This document shows, piece by piece, positions 37,683 through 48,400 of a DNA stretch of 64,000 bases. The notes beneath the pieces are model-generated. The model worked only from the letters and a program-made list of their open reading frames with translations, had not been told where the DNA came from and searched no databases. Every line of letters starts with the position of its first letter. Positions within the stretch are counted from its first letter, which is position 1. Origin of the DNA: Candidatus Latescibacterota bacterium (lineage in GTDB: Bacteria; Latescibacterota; UBA2968; GCA-2709665); assembly GCA_965203805.1 (NCBI GenBank), contig OZ241917.1, forward strand, positions 768,001 through 832,000, in the 5' to 3' direction. Both the position numbers and the translations under genes were made by a program.

Positions 37683-40600
37683 ATGGAAACGGTTTATACC
37701 GTATTGTCGGTCGCAAGATACGAGCGCAAGATGCTGATGCGGACGATCCGATTCCGGATCCTGGGCGGAATCGGCGTGCTCATTCCCGTTGCTCTGGGCG
37801 TCGGCCTGGCGATCGCGGAATCCAGAGGCATCGCATTCGAGTCTGTCAGCGGCATCGGCGCCTATATGCCCTTTTTCGTCTACAGTCTGCTGCAGACCGT
37901 CGTGATCGCGTTTATCGTTGGAGATTTCCGCGCCTCGGACGAGCGCGCCGGAATCTACGAAGTGGTTGCGGCCCGGCCGCTTTCTACGGCCGAACTGGTC
38001 ATGGGCAAATACCTGGGGGTCCTGGGGGCGCTGATTACGCTGAGCCTGGTCGTTCTGGTGCTCAGCCTGGCAGTGCAGGCGGCCAAGATCAGCGTTACCG
38101 GCGCGCCGTTTGCGATCCGACCTTATCTGACGTACCTGCTGCTGCTGAACCTCCCCGGGCTGGTCTATATGTCCGCTCTTACGTTTTTTTTCGGGGCGGT
38201 ATTTCGCCGGCAGGCCGCAGTGACCGTGCTGACCATCGCTTACGTCCTTATCGTTCTGCTGTTTCTTGGAAGGCGATACGGCGGTATCTACGATTTCGGC
38301 GCATTCTTCGCCCCGGTGTTCTACTCGGATATGCTCGGCCTCGGCGATATCCGGCGGGTGGTGGAGATCCGGGGCTTCTACACGTTTCTTGCCCTGTTTT
38401 TCTTTGGTTTGTCTATAGACCGGTATCCGCGGCTTCCTCAGTCCCGGGCCTGGCGCAGATTCGGTCGATGCCTGACCGCCGGCGGTTTCGTCGCCGCGGT
38501 GTGCCTGTACGCGTATATGGAAAGACGGGACTCGTCAGACCTCGCCTACCGGATGGCGCAACTGGAAGTCCAGGAAGGAATCGCCGGTCAGCCAATGTCG
38601 GCCGTTACGCATTATGCGCTCGACCTGGACCTCGCGAATGGCCGTACGCCACTGCGGGGCAGGGCGGTTCTCAGCGTTTCGAACCCTCACCCCGTAACGC
38701 TCGACACCCTCGTTTTCAGTCTCAACCCCGGGTTGGAATTGCAATCGGTGAATGCAGTTGCGGAGAAGGACGTCGATATCAGCTGGCAGCGTGAGTATTC
38801 TGTCGTGAGAATCGCGCGTCCGCTTAAGCCCGACAGTCTGGTGACGTTGGCGTTCGTTTACGACGGCTCGATCGACCTCAGCGGATTCGATCTGAGGCGA
38901 CATCCGGAAGCAAGACGCCTGCAGAAGCGGCGAACGGGGCCGGGAAGGAAAGGGGACCTGACCGCCTGGATCCGCCGGAACTCCGTATTCCTGCCGCCAC
39001 GCAGCAGGTGGTATCCCTCGCCGGGCGTGGACTACGGTCATCAGGATGGCCGCCCCCAGTCCTTCGCCACCGCAGATCTGGATATTGCGCTTCCCGCGGG
39101 ACTGGAAGTCGTGACCCAGGGTGTGCCGGTGGGCCGGAAGAAAGAGGGCGGCCGCGAGACTCATACTTGGAAAGTGGAACGCCCCGTACCCGTTCTTTCG
39201 CTCAACGCGGGCGTGTACCATGTCTTTCAGGCCGAAATCCACAATATCCAATGCGCCATATACGTACATCCGGCCCACGCCAGGCAGGTTACCTTCTTCC
39301 ACGACGCGAGGGACGACGCATTGAAAACGCTGGGCGAGATCCTGGATAGCGTTGAACAGGAAACCAGCCTGGCCTATCCGTACCAACGCCTGTCGGTTGT
39401 GGAGGTGCCATTCCAGGTACAGTGGTATTACGACGGATGGGAGGAGGCTGGCGGACTGGTGCAGCCCGGCGTGCTGATGCTGGAAGAGGACGTCCTGATG
39501 CGGCTGAATCTGCAACGCCGTCTGAAGTGGATGCAGCGGCGACAGCGGCGTAACGACGACCCTGCCAGAATCAAGCGGGACCTGCTGGTCAGGACGGTGC
39601 TGAACACGTTTCTCGCGCGGGAATCGACTCAAAGCGGCATCTACAGGAGTCCGGTGGCGCAACTCTGGTCGTTCAACCGGGGATTCGAAGGCGAACACTA
39701 TTCCCTGCTCAAACGCGGCATGCCAGTCTATATGCAGCAGAATCTCGGGACCACAATGCAACAGAGCTTCTACTCGAGGCGGGGACGGTTTCGAGGCCGG
39801 TTCCGGCGGAACAGGAGCGCGCGCGGCGTTTCCTGGGATACCGTAACGGCCAGGATGCGGCAGCGTTCTTTTGCGGAACTCGACCCGACTGCCGACGCGG
39901 AACTCTACCGGGCGGTCGTCGACGCCAAGGGCGCCTCCATGTTCGGAATGATGCAGGCCGTGGTGGGCGAAGATGCATTCAGAGACGTGGTCAGCGGATT
40001 CGAGGAGGCGAGCCGGCACGCGGGAGTCGACTTTGCGTCGTTTGAGCGCGCGGCTGTCGGCGATTCGTCGAGGCAGGCGGAACGGCCCAGCCTGAATCGA
40101 CTCGTCCGGGACTGGCTTCACGGCACCCAGGTTCCGGGCTACACCCTGACAAGGGCAAAAGCATATAAGGTGGACGACGGATGGGGCATGATGACGTATC
40201 AGGTCATCGTGCGTATCCGGAACGGCGAGCCGGGGCGCGGATTTGTCCAGATTCGAGCCATGGGGACCGAAGACGAGGCTGTCAAGGGCGTTGAGATCGA
40301 GGGCGGACAGGAGGTTGAGGTGGGACTGATCCTCTGGGAAAGGCCTTTGAGGATAAGCGTCGAGCCGTTCTTTGCTCGCAACCGCCGGGTCCTGATGGCG
40401 CCGTTACGCATACCCGAGCAACCAATGGAAGGATCGGCCGCGACCTATGTAAGGGAGGTCGCGCCGGACGAGACCGGATTGACCGAGATTATTGTGGACA
40501 ACGATGACGAAGGCTTCGAAATGCCGGTCCGCAGGGTGCGGCGCTATCTCCGTCCGCAGTTGAAAGGCGACAACTGGCAGGAACGCCAGATGCCGTTCTC

Positions 40601-41054
40601 TTTCGGCAGGTACGAAAACAACTACAGGTGGAAGAAACCGGGCGACGGCGCGCAACCGGCCGTCTGGACGGCCCGATTACCGCACAGCGGGGATTACGAC
40701 GTCTACTACTATTTCCTTCATCCCAGGTTCTCCAGGCGCATGCGTATGGCGTCGGAATTCAGTCTGGCCGTCTGTTACGGCGACGAGGTGGATACGCTGG
40801 CGGTCGAATCGAACAACCTGAAGGCCGGCTGGAACGTCTTGGGACGATACCGGTTCGAGGGCGGAGAACTGGCCCGGGTCGAGTTGTCCGACCGCGCCAA
40901 CGGCCGCCTTTACGCCGACGCGGTGCGCTGGCGATACGTGGATCCCGACCATCCGGAAGAGGTGTACGAAGAGGATCTGCCGACCTGGATTTTCGGTCAC
41001 GGCGGCCGGGGCGGTCGAGGCGGCGGCGGATCGCGGCGTGGGAGAAGCTGGTAA
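37683..41054 (+). CDS. ABC-2-type permease fused to an M1-aminopeptidase-like domain and a C-terminal golvesin/CBM-like beta-sandwich
   Basis: About 7 N-terminal TM segments with ARPLS..ELVMGK; HYALDL...FSLNPGL...WYP...YPYQRLSVVEVP...AKG M1-like scaffold; IIVDNDDEGF...GDYDVY...GWNVLG...ADAVRW. Confidence 0.75.
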   Translation: METVYTVLSVARYERKMLMRTIRFRILGGIGVLIPVALGVGLAIAESRGIAFESVSGIGAYMPFFVYSLLQTVVIAFIVGDFRASDERAGIYEVVAARPLSTAELVMGKYLGVLGALITLSLVVLVLSLAVQAAKISVTGAPFAIRPYLTYLLLLNLPGLVYMSALTFFFGAVFRRQAAVTVLTIAYVLIVLLFLGRRYGGIYDFGAFFAPVFYSDMLGLGDIRRVVEIRGFYTFLALFFFGLSIDRYPRLPQSRAWRRFGRCLTAGGFVAAVCLYAYMERRDSSDLAYRMAQLEVQEGIAGQPMSAVTHYALDLDLANGRTPLRGRAVLSVSNPHPVTLDTLVFSLNPGLELQSVNAVAEKDVDISWQREYSVVRIARPLKPDSLVTLAFVYDGSIDLSGFDLRRHPEARRLQKRRTGPGRKGDLTAWIRRNSVFLPPRSRWYPSPGVDYGHQDGRPQSFATADLDIALPAGLEVVTQGVPVGRKKEGGRETHTWKVERPVPVLSLNAGVYHVFQAEIHNIQCAIYVHPAHARQVTFFHDARDDALKTLGEILDSVEQETSLAYPYQRLSVVEVPFQVQWYYDGWEEAGGLVQPGVLMLEEDVLMRLNLQRRLKWMQRRQRRNDDPARIKRDLLVRTVLNTFLARESTQSGIYRSPVAQLWSFNRGFEGEHYSLLKRGMPVYMQQNLGTTMQQSFYSRRGRFRGRFRRNRSARGVSWDTVTARMRQRSFAELDPTADAELYRAVVDAKGASMFGMMQAVVGEDAFRDVVSGFEEASRHAGVDFASFERAAVGDSSRQAERPSLNRLVRDWLHGTQVPGYTLTRAKAYKVDDGWGMMTYQVIVRIRNGEPGRGFVQIRAMGTEDEAVKGVEIEGGQEVEVGLILWERPLRISVEPFFARNRRVLMAPLRIPEQPMEGSAATYVREVAPDETGLTEIIVDNDDEGFEMPVRRVRRYLRPQLKGDNWQERQMPFSFGRYENNYRWKKPGDGAQPAVWTARLPHSGDYDVYYYFLHPRFSRRMRMASEFSLAVCYGDEVDTLAVESNNLKAGWNVLGRYRFEGGELARVELSDRANGRLYADAVRWRYVDPDHPEEVYEEDLPTWIFGHGGRGGRGGGGSRRGRSW

Positions 41055-41098
41055 ACCGTTGGACAACGTCAGACGATAACCCTTTTGCGAGGTGCAAT

Positions 41099-42175
41099 TT
41101 GAACAGGCGATTCCTGAGCGATTACTGCATTGCATTCACGGCTGTTGTCGTTGTAGCCGGCTGCGGCGGGCAAACCGAGCAGCGGTCCGTGGACCTGACC
41201 GTCCCGGTCACCGTCCAGGCCGTTCGCCTGGACACCATGGAGGCGACTGTGGCCGCCACCGGTACGCTCCGGCCCTCCCGGGAGGCCCGCATACAGACCG
41301 AGGTCGAAGGTATTCTTCAATATGTCGCCCGGGGCGTCGGAGGACGACCGAGCGAAGGAATGCGGGTCACCCGGAACCAGGAGATTGCCCGGCTGGTGAA
41401 CAAGGAGCTTGTCGTAAACGCACGCATGGAATCCCGGCAACTCGCACGCGCCACCGCGAAACGAACGCTGCGCGAGCAGGAGGTACTCGTTGAACGAAAG
41501 CTGGGCACGGAGAGAGACCTGGACGAAGCGCGCCGCGCCCTCGCCGAGGCCGAATCCAATTACGAAGACGCGCTCGTTCAGATCGCCAAGACGACAATCA
41601 GGACGCCAATCAGCGGTTTTCTGACGGGATTGGCCGACATTACAGAGGGTACGCTGGTGGAAGCCCGAACGACCATCGCTACCGTGATGGATTACAGACA
41701 GGTGCTCGTCGATCTGAAGATTCCAAACGCCTATATCGCATCCGTTTCACCCGGCCAGGTCGTGCGAGTGGAAAACTATGCATTGCCCGGAAGGCGGTTT
41801 CTGGGAACCATCAGGGTCGTGGACCCGGCCATCGATCCGGCCACGCGTACCTTCCGGGTCGTTGGGGCCGTGAAGAATCCGAACCTGATGTTGCGTCCCG
41901 GCATGTTTGTGAAAGCCGAGATTGTCACGGAGTCTCACGAAGACGCGGTGGTGATCCCTCGCCGCTTCGTCCTGACCCGCCGGAATCGCAAAGTGGTGTT
42001 CGTGGAAGCGGAGGGGAGGGCTCAGATGCGCGACGTGGAACTGGGTTTGGAGGGCCCCGAGCAGGTCGAGATTCTGGAAGGGCTTGAAGCGGGCGAGCGC
42101 CTCATTACCAGCAATTACGAGACGCTGCGCCCCCGTACCCGTGTGCGTGTAACCGGCGTGGGCGTGCAGCAATGA
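41099..42175 (+). CDS. RND periplasmic adaptor (MFP) lipoprotein
   Basis: TTG start with GAGGT RBS; lipobox VAGC; IRTPISG, PAIDPATRTF, LRPGMF, VEILEGL. Confidence 0.92.
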   Translation: MNRRFLSDYCIAFTAVVVVAGCGGQTEQRSVDLTVPVTVQAVRLDTMEATVAATGTLRPSREARIQTEVEGILQYVARGVGGRPSEGMRVTRNQEIARLVNKELVVNARMESRQLARATAKRTLREQEVLVERKLGTERDLDEARRALAEAESNYEDALVQIAKTTIRTPISGFLTGLADITEGTLVEARTTIATVMDYRQVLVDLKIPNAYIASVSPGQVVRVENYALPGRRFLGTIRVVDPAIDPATRTFRVVGAVKNPNLMLRPGMFVKAEIVTESHEDAVVIPRRFVLTRRNRKVVFVEAEGRAQMRDVELGLEGPEQVEILEGLEAGERLITSNYETLRPRTRVRVTGVGVQQ

Positions 42176-42284
42176 ATGCGAATACCGTGCGCACGTCGCC
42201 GGGAGCGCCCGTCGCAATTTTCCGGTAACGGTTCGCCGCGGACGGAACATCATTCGAAATCATCGGGTAAGTTGTCGTTTGGAC

Positions 42285-42333
42285 CCCTCTGGGGCCCAGG
42301 GACTGCGTGTGGGCCTTCCGGAGGGTTTTTTTT
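42285..42333 (+). terminator. Terminator-like hairpin inside the transporter cluster
   Basis: ccctctggggccca / tgggccttccggaggg followed by T8. Confidence 0.6.
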
Positions 42334-42408
42334 GATCTTGATCCGTCCCTTCTCGGGGACGTCAATTCGAGTATATGCAAGCGGATCTCATTACTAAGGG
42401 CCGATACC

Positions 42409-45400
42409 ATGCCATTGCCCGAATTTTCGACGAAATATCCGGTAACGGTTGCCATGGCAACGCTGGCCGTCGCGCTCCTGGGCTGGATTTCGCTGGAGCG
42501 GCTGGAAGTGGACCTGCTTCCCGACCTGCGTTCTCCCGTGATTACCGTGGACCTGCGATTTCCGGGCAAAACCCCCAGGGAGATGGAGGAACGATATGCG
42601 CGTCGTCTGGAAGGGGATATCGGCACGGTACGCCACGTCAAACGCGTTCACTCCGTGTCCCGTTCCGGGCAGGCCGTGGTGATCGCGGAATTTGAATGGG
42701 ATGCGGACATGGATTTCGCGCTGCTCGATGTGCAGAAGAAAGTGGCGCGGTACGCTTCGGATCCCGATATCACGAGTCTGGACGTCACACAGGAAGACCC
42801 CCAGGCGTTGCCGGTGATGCGTCTGGCCGTCTCGGGAGCGGACTGGCAGGATCCTGATGAACTGCTGGGCAACGCGGAAACCGTCATCCGGCCCAAACTC
42901 GAGGGGTTGTCCGGGGTGGCTTCGGTGGAAATCGAGGGGGGAGCCGAAAAAGAAATCCGGATCACACTGGATTCCTATCTCCTTCAAGCATTCGGAGTCA
43001 CTTCGGAGACGGTCGTCTCGCGGATACGTGAAGCCAATTCGGATGTCTCCGGCGGAACGTTGAAAGACGGACAACGTACCTATCTGGTCAAAGGCCTGGG
43101 ACGTCTGACCGACTTGGCAGACGTGAACAACCTGGTTGTCGGTGAGCGCCGCGGCGAATCTTCGAATGGCGGGGAAGACGCCTCGACCCAGCGCGTGCCC
43201 GTCACGGTAAGCGATGTGGGTACGGTAGGCCTGCTATATAAGGAGAGGGAAACCATCGTGCGCCTCGACGGCTTGGAGTGCGTCGGGCTTTCCGTTTACA
43301 AGGAAGCCGGCGCGAATACCTCGTCGGTGGTCAACGGGGTTCTCGGGGAACTGGAAAGACTCGAGGCCGATCTGACCGGCATCCGGTTTACGGTGGTGGA
43401 GAACCAGGCCCGCTTCGTCGAAAACGCGGTAAGTGAAGTGGAAGAGGCGGCCGTTCTTGGCGCCTTGCTTGCAGTGGGCGTGTTGCTGGCTGCGCTCCGG
43501 CAGTGGACCGCCACGCTGGTGATCGGACTCGCCATACCGATTTCCGTTCTGGCCACGTTCACGCTGATGTATTTCCAGGGGCTGACGCTGAACGTCATGA
43601 CCCTGGGCGGCCTGGCGCTGGGCGCCGGCATGCTGGTGGACAACGCCATTGTCGTGATTGAGAACATCTACCGGCACCTCGAGAGGGGAGAAACGGCCGC
43701 AGAGGCCTCCGTCAGAGGCGCCAGTGAGGTCGGGGTCGCGATTCTGGCGTCCACGTTGACCACGGTGTCCGTGTTTCTGCCCATTGTCTACCTCCACGGG
43801 TTGGCGGGCGAACTCTTCAAGGAACAGGCCTGGACGGTCGCGTTCTCGCTGGTTTCGTCTCTCGCGGTGGCGATGACCGTGGTGCCCATGCTGACCGCCC
43901 GGCTCTTCAGGCGGTATCCGCGACGGTCCGCAGGGATCGCGGGGGCGCGGTCCTTCAGGCGTTTTCTAAGCCGTTCACTCAACCATAAGGGACGTACGAT
44001 GGCGGTGCTCGCGGCCTGCCTGCTGGCCGCCTTCTATATGGCAAGGTCCATCCATACGTCTTTTATCCCCACGGAAGACGAGGGTGTGCTCCACGTGGAT
44101 CTCGCGCTGCCGGAGGGCACGCGACTCGAGTCGACAGACAGGGTGGCGAGGCGAGTTGCCGCCATTACCCAGGCGGTTGCCGGAGAGGAAGCGCGCCACA
44201 TCTACCTGCGGGTTGGAACCGATCCGAACCGGTTTACCGCGGTGGGAGAACCCACCGGCCCGAACAGAGCCGAACTGACGGTCGTGCTGGGCCGGCAGGC
44301 GGACCGTCGCAGCGTCTCCGAACTCACCACGGTTCTGGATACAGCCCTCCTCGAAGTCCCTGACATTAAGGTTAATTATCGGCTTCAAAAAGCTGCATTG
44401 GAAGGACTTATACGAGGTCACACTGCGCCGGTCCAGGTCGAGGTCAGCGGTGAGAACCTGGACCTGCTTCGGGAATTGACCACAGATCTGAAGCGGCGAA
44501 TGGACGCGTTGTCCACGGTGTATAACGTGCGGACCAGCTTTCAGGACGGTCAGCCCGAGGTAGACGTGGTACTGCGACCGGATATCACCGCCGCGTTCGG
44601 GCTTACCTCACAGAATCTCGTGCGCGAACTCGAGCGCAGGCTCGGCGGCGAGGAAGCCGGAGAACTCTCCAAGGACCAACGGGCGCGAACGATCCGGGTT
44701 GGGTTCGAGGACGTGGACCTTCGGGAACTGCAGCACGCGAGAATCGACGGTCCCGACGGGGCGATGCTCACGCTGGGAGATCTCGCCGACCTGCGGGTCG
44801 TGCAGGGTCCAAGGGAAATCCTGCGGGACGGTCAGCGCAGGGTGGGGCGGGTGTCCGCCTTCCTGACCGACGGTGTGGTCTTGAGCCAGGCGGCAACGCA
44901 AATCAGGCAGGCAGTGGGACAGATGGCCATCCCGCACGGATACCAGGTGACCGTAACCGGAGAGGAACGGGAGCGGGCCGAATCATTCGGCGGCCTGCAA
45001 TTCGCCCTTCTGCTTTCGGTGGTGCTCGTCTATATGGTCATGGCTTCGCTCTTCGAGTCTCTGCTTCATCCGTTTACCGTCATGCTGACGGTGCCGCTGG
45101 CGGGCATCGGCGTGGTATTCGCATTCTGGAGCCTGGGAGAAGCGTTCGGCGTGATGGCGTTCATCGGCGCGATCATGCTGGGCGGTATCGCCGTTAACGA
45201 CGCCATCATTCTGGTGGACCACATCAACCAGTTGCGGCGCGAGGCGGGCGACGTGCGACAGGCCGTACTCCAGGCCGCGCAGGATCGGCTGCGTCCGATC
45301 CTGATGACCAGCGCCACGACCATTCTGGCGCTGTTGCCCATGGCGGTGGGCGTCGGCGAAGGCGCGCGCCTGCGGGCCCCGATGGCGGTGGCCGTTATCG

Positions 45401-45492
45401 GCGGTCTGGTCACGTCCACATTGATGACCCTTGTGGTGATTCCCGTCGTTTACGAACTGATTGAAGGGCTCAGAAGGAGGAGGGCGGCGTGA
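42409..45492 (+). CDS. RND permease (AcrB/SwrC-like)
   Basis: DLLPD, GMLVDNAIVVIENI, ASLFES..HP, RLRPILMT, IGGL. Confidence 0.95.
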   Translation: MPLPEFSTKYPVTVAMATLAVALLGWISLERLEVDLLPDLRSPVITVDLRFPGKTPREMEERYARRLEGDIGTVRHVKRVHSVSRSGQAVVIAEFEWDADMDFALLDVQKKVARYASDPDITSLDVTQEDPQALPVMRLAVSGADWQDPDELLGNAETVIRPKLEGLSGVASVEIEGGAEKEIRITLDSYLLQAFGVTSETVVSRIREANSDVSGGTLKDGQRTYLVKGLGRLTDLADVNNLVVGERRGESSNGGEDASTQRVPVTVSDVGTVGLLYKERETIVRLDGLECVGLSVYKEAGANTSSVVNGVLGELERLEADLTGIRFTVVENQARFVENAVSEVEEAAVLGALLAVGVLLAALRQWTATLVIGLAIPISVLATFTLMYFQGLTLNVMTLGGLALGAGMLVDNAIVVIENIYRHLERGETAAEASVRGASEVGVAILASTLTTVSVFLPIVYLHGLAGELFKEQAWTVAFSLVSSLAVAMTVVPMLTARLFRRYPRRSAGIAGARSFRRFLSRSLNHKGRTMAVLAACLLAAFYMARSIHTSFIPTEDEGVLHVDLALPEGTRLESTDRVARRVAAITQAVAGEEARHIYLRVGTDPNRFTAVGEPTGPNRAELTVVLGRQADRRSVSELTTVLDTALLEVPDIKVNYRLQKAALEGLIRGHTAPVQVEVSGENLDLLRELTTDLKRRMDALSTVYNVRTSFQDGQPEVDVVLRPDITAAFGLTSQNLVRELERRLGGEEAGELSKDQRARTIRVGFEDVDLRELQHARIDGPDGAMLTLGDLADLRVVQGPREILRDGQRRVGRVSAFLTDGVVLSQAATQIRQAVGQMAIPHGYQVTVTGEERERAESFGGLQFALLLSVVLVYMVMASLFESLLHPFTVMLTVPLAGIGVVFAFWSLGEAFGVMAFIGAIMLGGIAVNDAIILVDHINQLRREAGDVRQAVLQAAQDRLRPILMTSATTILALLPMAVGVGEGARLRAPMAVAVIGGLVTSTLMTLVVIPVVYELIEGLRRRRAA

Positions 45493-48400
45493 TTCTCCCC
45501 GATCTTGCGGTCCGGCGGCCCGTAACGACGTCGATGTTCTTTGCCGCATTCGCCATATTGGGAGTCGTGTCGTGGACGAGGCTTCCGGTACAGCTTTTTC
45601 CGGAGTTGATCTTTCCGGAAGTGTTCGTCACGCTGTCGCTGCAGGGGGCATCTCCGGAACAGGTGGAACGAGATCTGCTGGTTCCCGCTGAAGGGGAGAT
45701 CGGCAAACTGGACGGCGTCCAGGAGATGGAGTCGTTCGCGATGGCCAACAGGGGAGGTATTCGCATATCCTACGCGCCCGACGTGGATATGAAGTTCGCC
45801 CTGCTTCAACTGCAGAGCAACCTGAACAGACTGCAGCCGACGCTGCCCGAGCGTACTCAGTCCGACGTCAGGAGGTTCGATTCGACGGATCTCAGCAGCA
45901 GCATTATGGAGCTTCACGTGCTCGCCGACTGGGACCTGAACCCGTTGCGGGAGTTCACGGAAGAAAAAATCCGGCCCGAACTGGAGTCAGTCGACGGTGT
46001 CGTCAATGTGTCCGTGTTGGGCGGACGGCGCAGCGCCGTTGAAATCGTCCTGGATCCGTTCCTGCTCGAGGCGCATGGCCTTTCGACGGGACAGGTTCGG
46101 GCACGCCTGAACAGCTATAACCGGCGGCGTGAGTACCTGGGGCGCGTATTCGACGGGAATCGGGCCTATTCGGTGAGCATTCAGGGGCAGTTTACGGACC
46201 TTCGTCAGATTCGCGATCTCGTCCTGAACGCGGACGGCACGCTCAGGCTGGGCGACGTTTCCCGGGTGGGATTCGGACTCCAGGAACAGGCCGATCGGCA
46301 CAGAGTCAATGGAAGACCGTCGGTGGGCGTCCGCATCCAGAAGGACGACGAAGCGAATCTGATCGAGGTTGCCGCGGCGGTCGAAGCCGCCATCGGCAGG
46401 CTGAATCGCGACTTCAAGAGCGCGGGTGTGGAACTGGGCGTGAGTTCCTCACAGGCGGATCTGATGACCGGAGCGCTTTCCACCCTGAAGCAGGCGGCCA
46501 TTGCCGGCGCCGTGCTCGGACTGATCGTGCTCTTTCTGTTTCTTCGGAACCTTCGTTTCGTTTCGGTCCTCCTGCTGGCCATACCGATTTCTCTCCTGAT
46601 GACCTTCAATCTGATGTACCTCGGCGGGCTGTCCGTCAACGTGCTGTCTCTGTGCGGTCTCGCCCTGGCGATGGGCATGCTTGCTGACAACGGCATCGTG
46701 GTGATGGAAAATATCTTCAAGCACTACGAGCGGGGAAAGTCGCCCGCCGACGCGGCACGGGACGGGGCGGCCGAGGTCGGGCGCGCCGTGGTTGCGGCAA
46801 CCGCAACAACCGTAACCGCATTCCTGCCGGTTCTGTTCATCGAGAGCGACGCGCGGGACCTGCTGCGGGAACTCGCGTTGTCCATGGCGTTTCCGCTGCT
46901 GGCGTCGTTGCTCGTGGCCCTGACGCTGGTTCCGGCCCTCGCCGTCCGGGCGTTGAGCCGCGGGGTCCGACAGCCTCCGGACGTTCGCGGGTTGCTCGAA
47001 CGGTATACGCTGCTGCTGAAGACTGCTCTGCGCCACCGCGCATCGGTGGTCCTGTCCGCAGGAGTGGCGCTCGCGTTGACACTCGTGTTGGCGTTCTTCT
47101 ACCTGCTGCAACAGCAGGTACGCAGGGAGGAGACACGTTTTACGGTCTACGTGAACCTTCCGGAAGGAGCCACGCTGGACGCGACGGACGAGGTCGTGAA
47201 ACAGGTGGAGGCATCCGTACGGGACGTGCCCGGTCTGGACCGGTTTACGACGTCGGTCCGTGAGGCGGAAGCCGACGTGAATGTATTGCTAGACAGACGT
47301 TCTGACCGGCCCGGCGGCATCTCGCTGGATGAAATCAAAGAGCAACTCGACGACAAACTGCAGAATGTACGGGGAGGGGTTGTCGGATACGAAGCCAGGC
47401 CCCGCGCGGGGAGGGGCGGGCGCGGGCAGGGGATCGGACAACGTCGGAGACGCAGTTCCGGAGGATTCGATCTGACCGGGGCCACGCCGAACGAACAGGT
47501 TGTGGTTCGAGGATACGACTTCACGATACTGACGATGATTGCCAATGACCTGGTTTACCGCCTCGAAGAACTGGAGGAGGTGGATGCCAACAGCGTACGC
47601 GCCGACGCCGAACGGAGTTCGCCCGAGGTGCAGGTGATACCCGATGCGGCCGCCCTGTTCGACCGGCGGCTCGGCGCACAGGAAGTGCTCGCCGCCATGG
47701 GTGACACCCGTTGGGACGGGTTTCGCACAACGGTCCCGTTCCTGCTGCCCGATGCAACCGAGGTACCCATCGAAGTGCGTACGATCGAAGAGGAGGACCG
47801 CGACCGCTACGGGCTGGCTGAATTCAGGGGTTCACGCATTCTGAACCGGGACGGGCATTACGTACCTCTGTCCGAAGTGGCGAGGGTCCGGACGGATGAG
47901 GGCCGGAGCAGCCTGTTGCGGACCGACCAGACCCGTCGGATTGTGGTTTCCTACCGGTATCCTTCGGAGATTCTGGATTCCCAGCCGCGGTTGGATCTTG
48001 CGAGACGGGTCGTGCGAACGACGCTGCAGGACATGGTTCTGCCGGAGGGGTATTCGATCGAAATCATCGAGGCGCACGAGGAGATGATCTACTATTGGAT
48101 GATGGCGGTCGCAGCTGTACTCATCTATATGATCCTGGCGTCGCTGTTTGAGTCTTTCGCCTCGCCGATCATCATTCTGTGTACGCTGCCGCCCGCGGCC
48201 ATCGGCTCCTGCTGGGCGCTGATGATGTCGGGCACGGGCCTGAGCCAGCAGGAGGGACCCATGGCGCTTCTGGGACTTATCGTCCTGCTGGGTATTGCGG
48301 TGAACAACGGCATCATCCTGATCGACGCGGTCGGCGTGCTCAGGACCCGATTCGGCTTTCGACGGGAACGCGCGGTGCTGACCGCGGCGCGGTCGCGTGT

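Noticed and set aside
38535-40121. 528-aa antisense ORF
   Set aside because: Shadow of the permease-M1 gene.
40628-41098. Long N-terminus of the MFP
   Set aside because: It overlaps the permease gene; the RBS, TTG and lipoprotein signal start at 41099.
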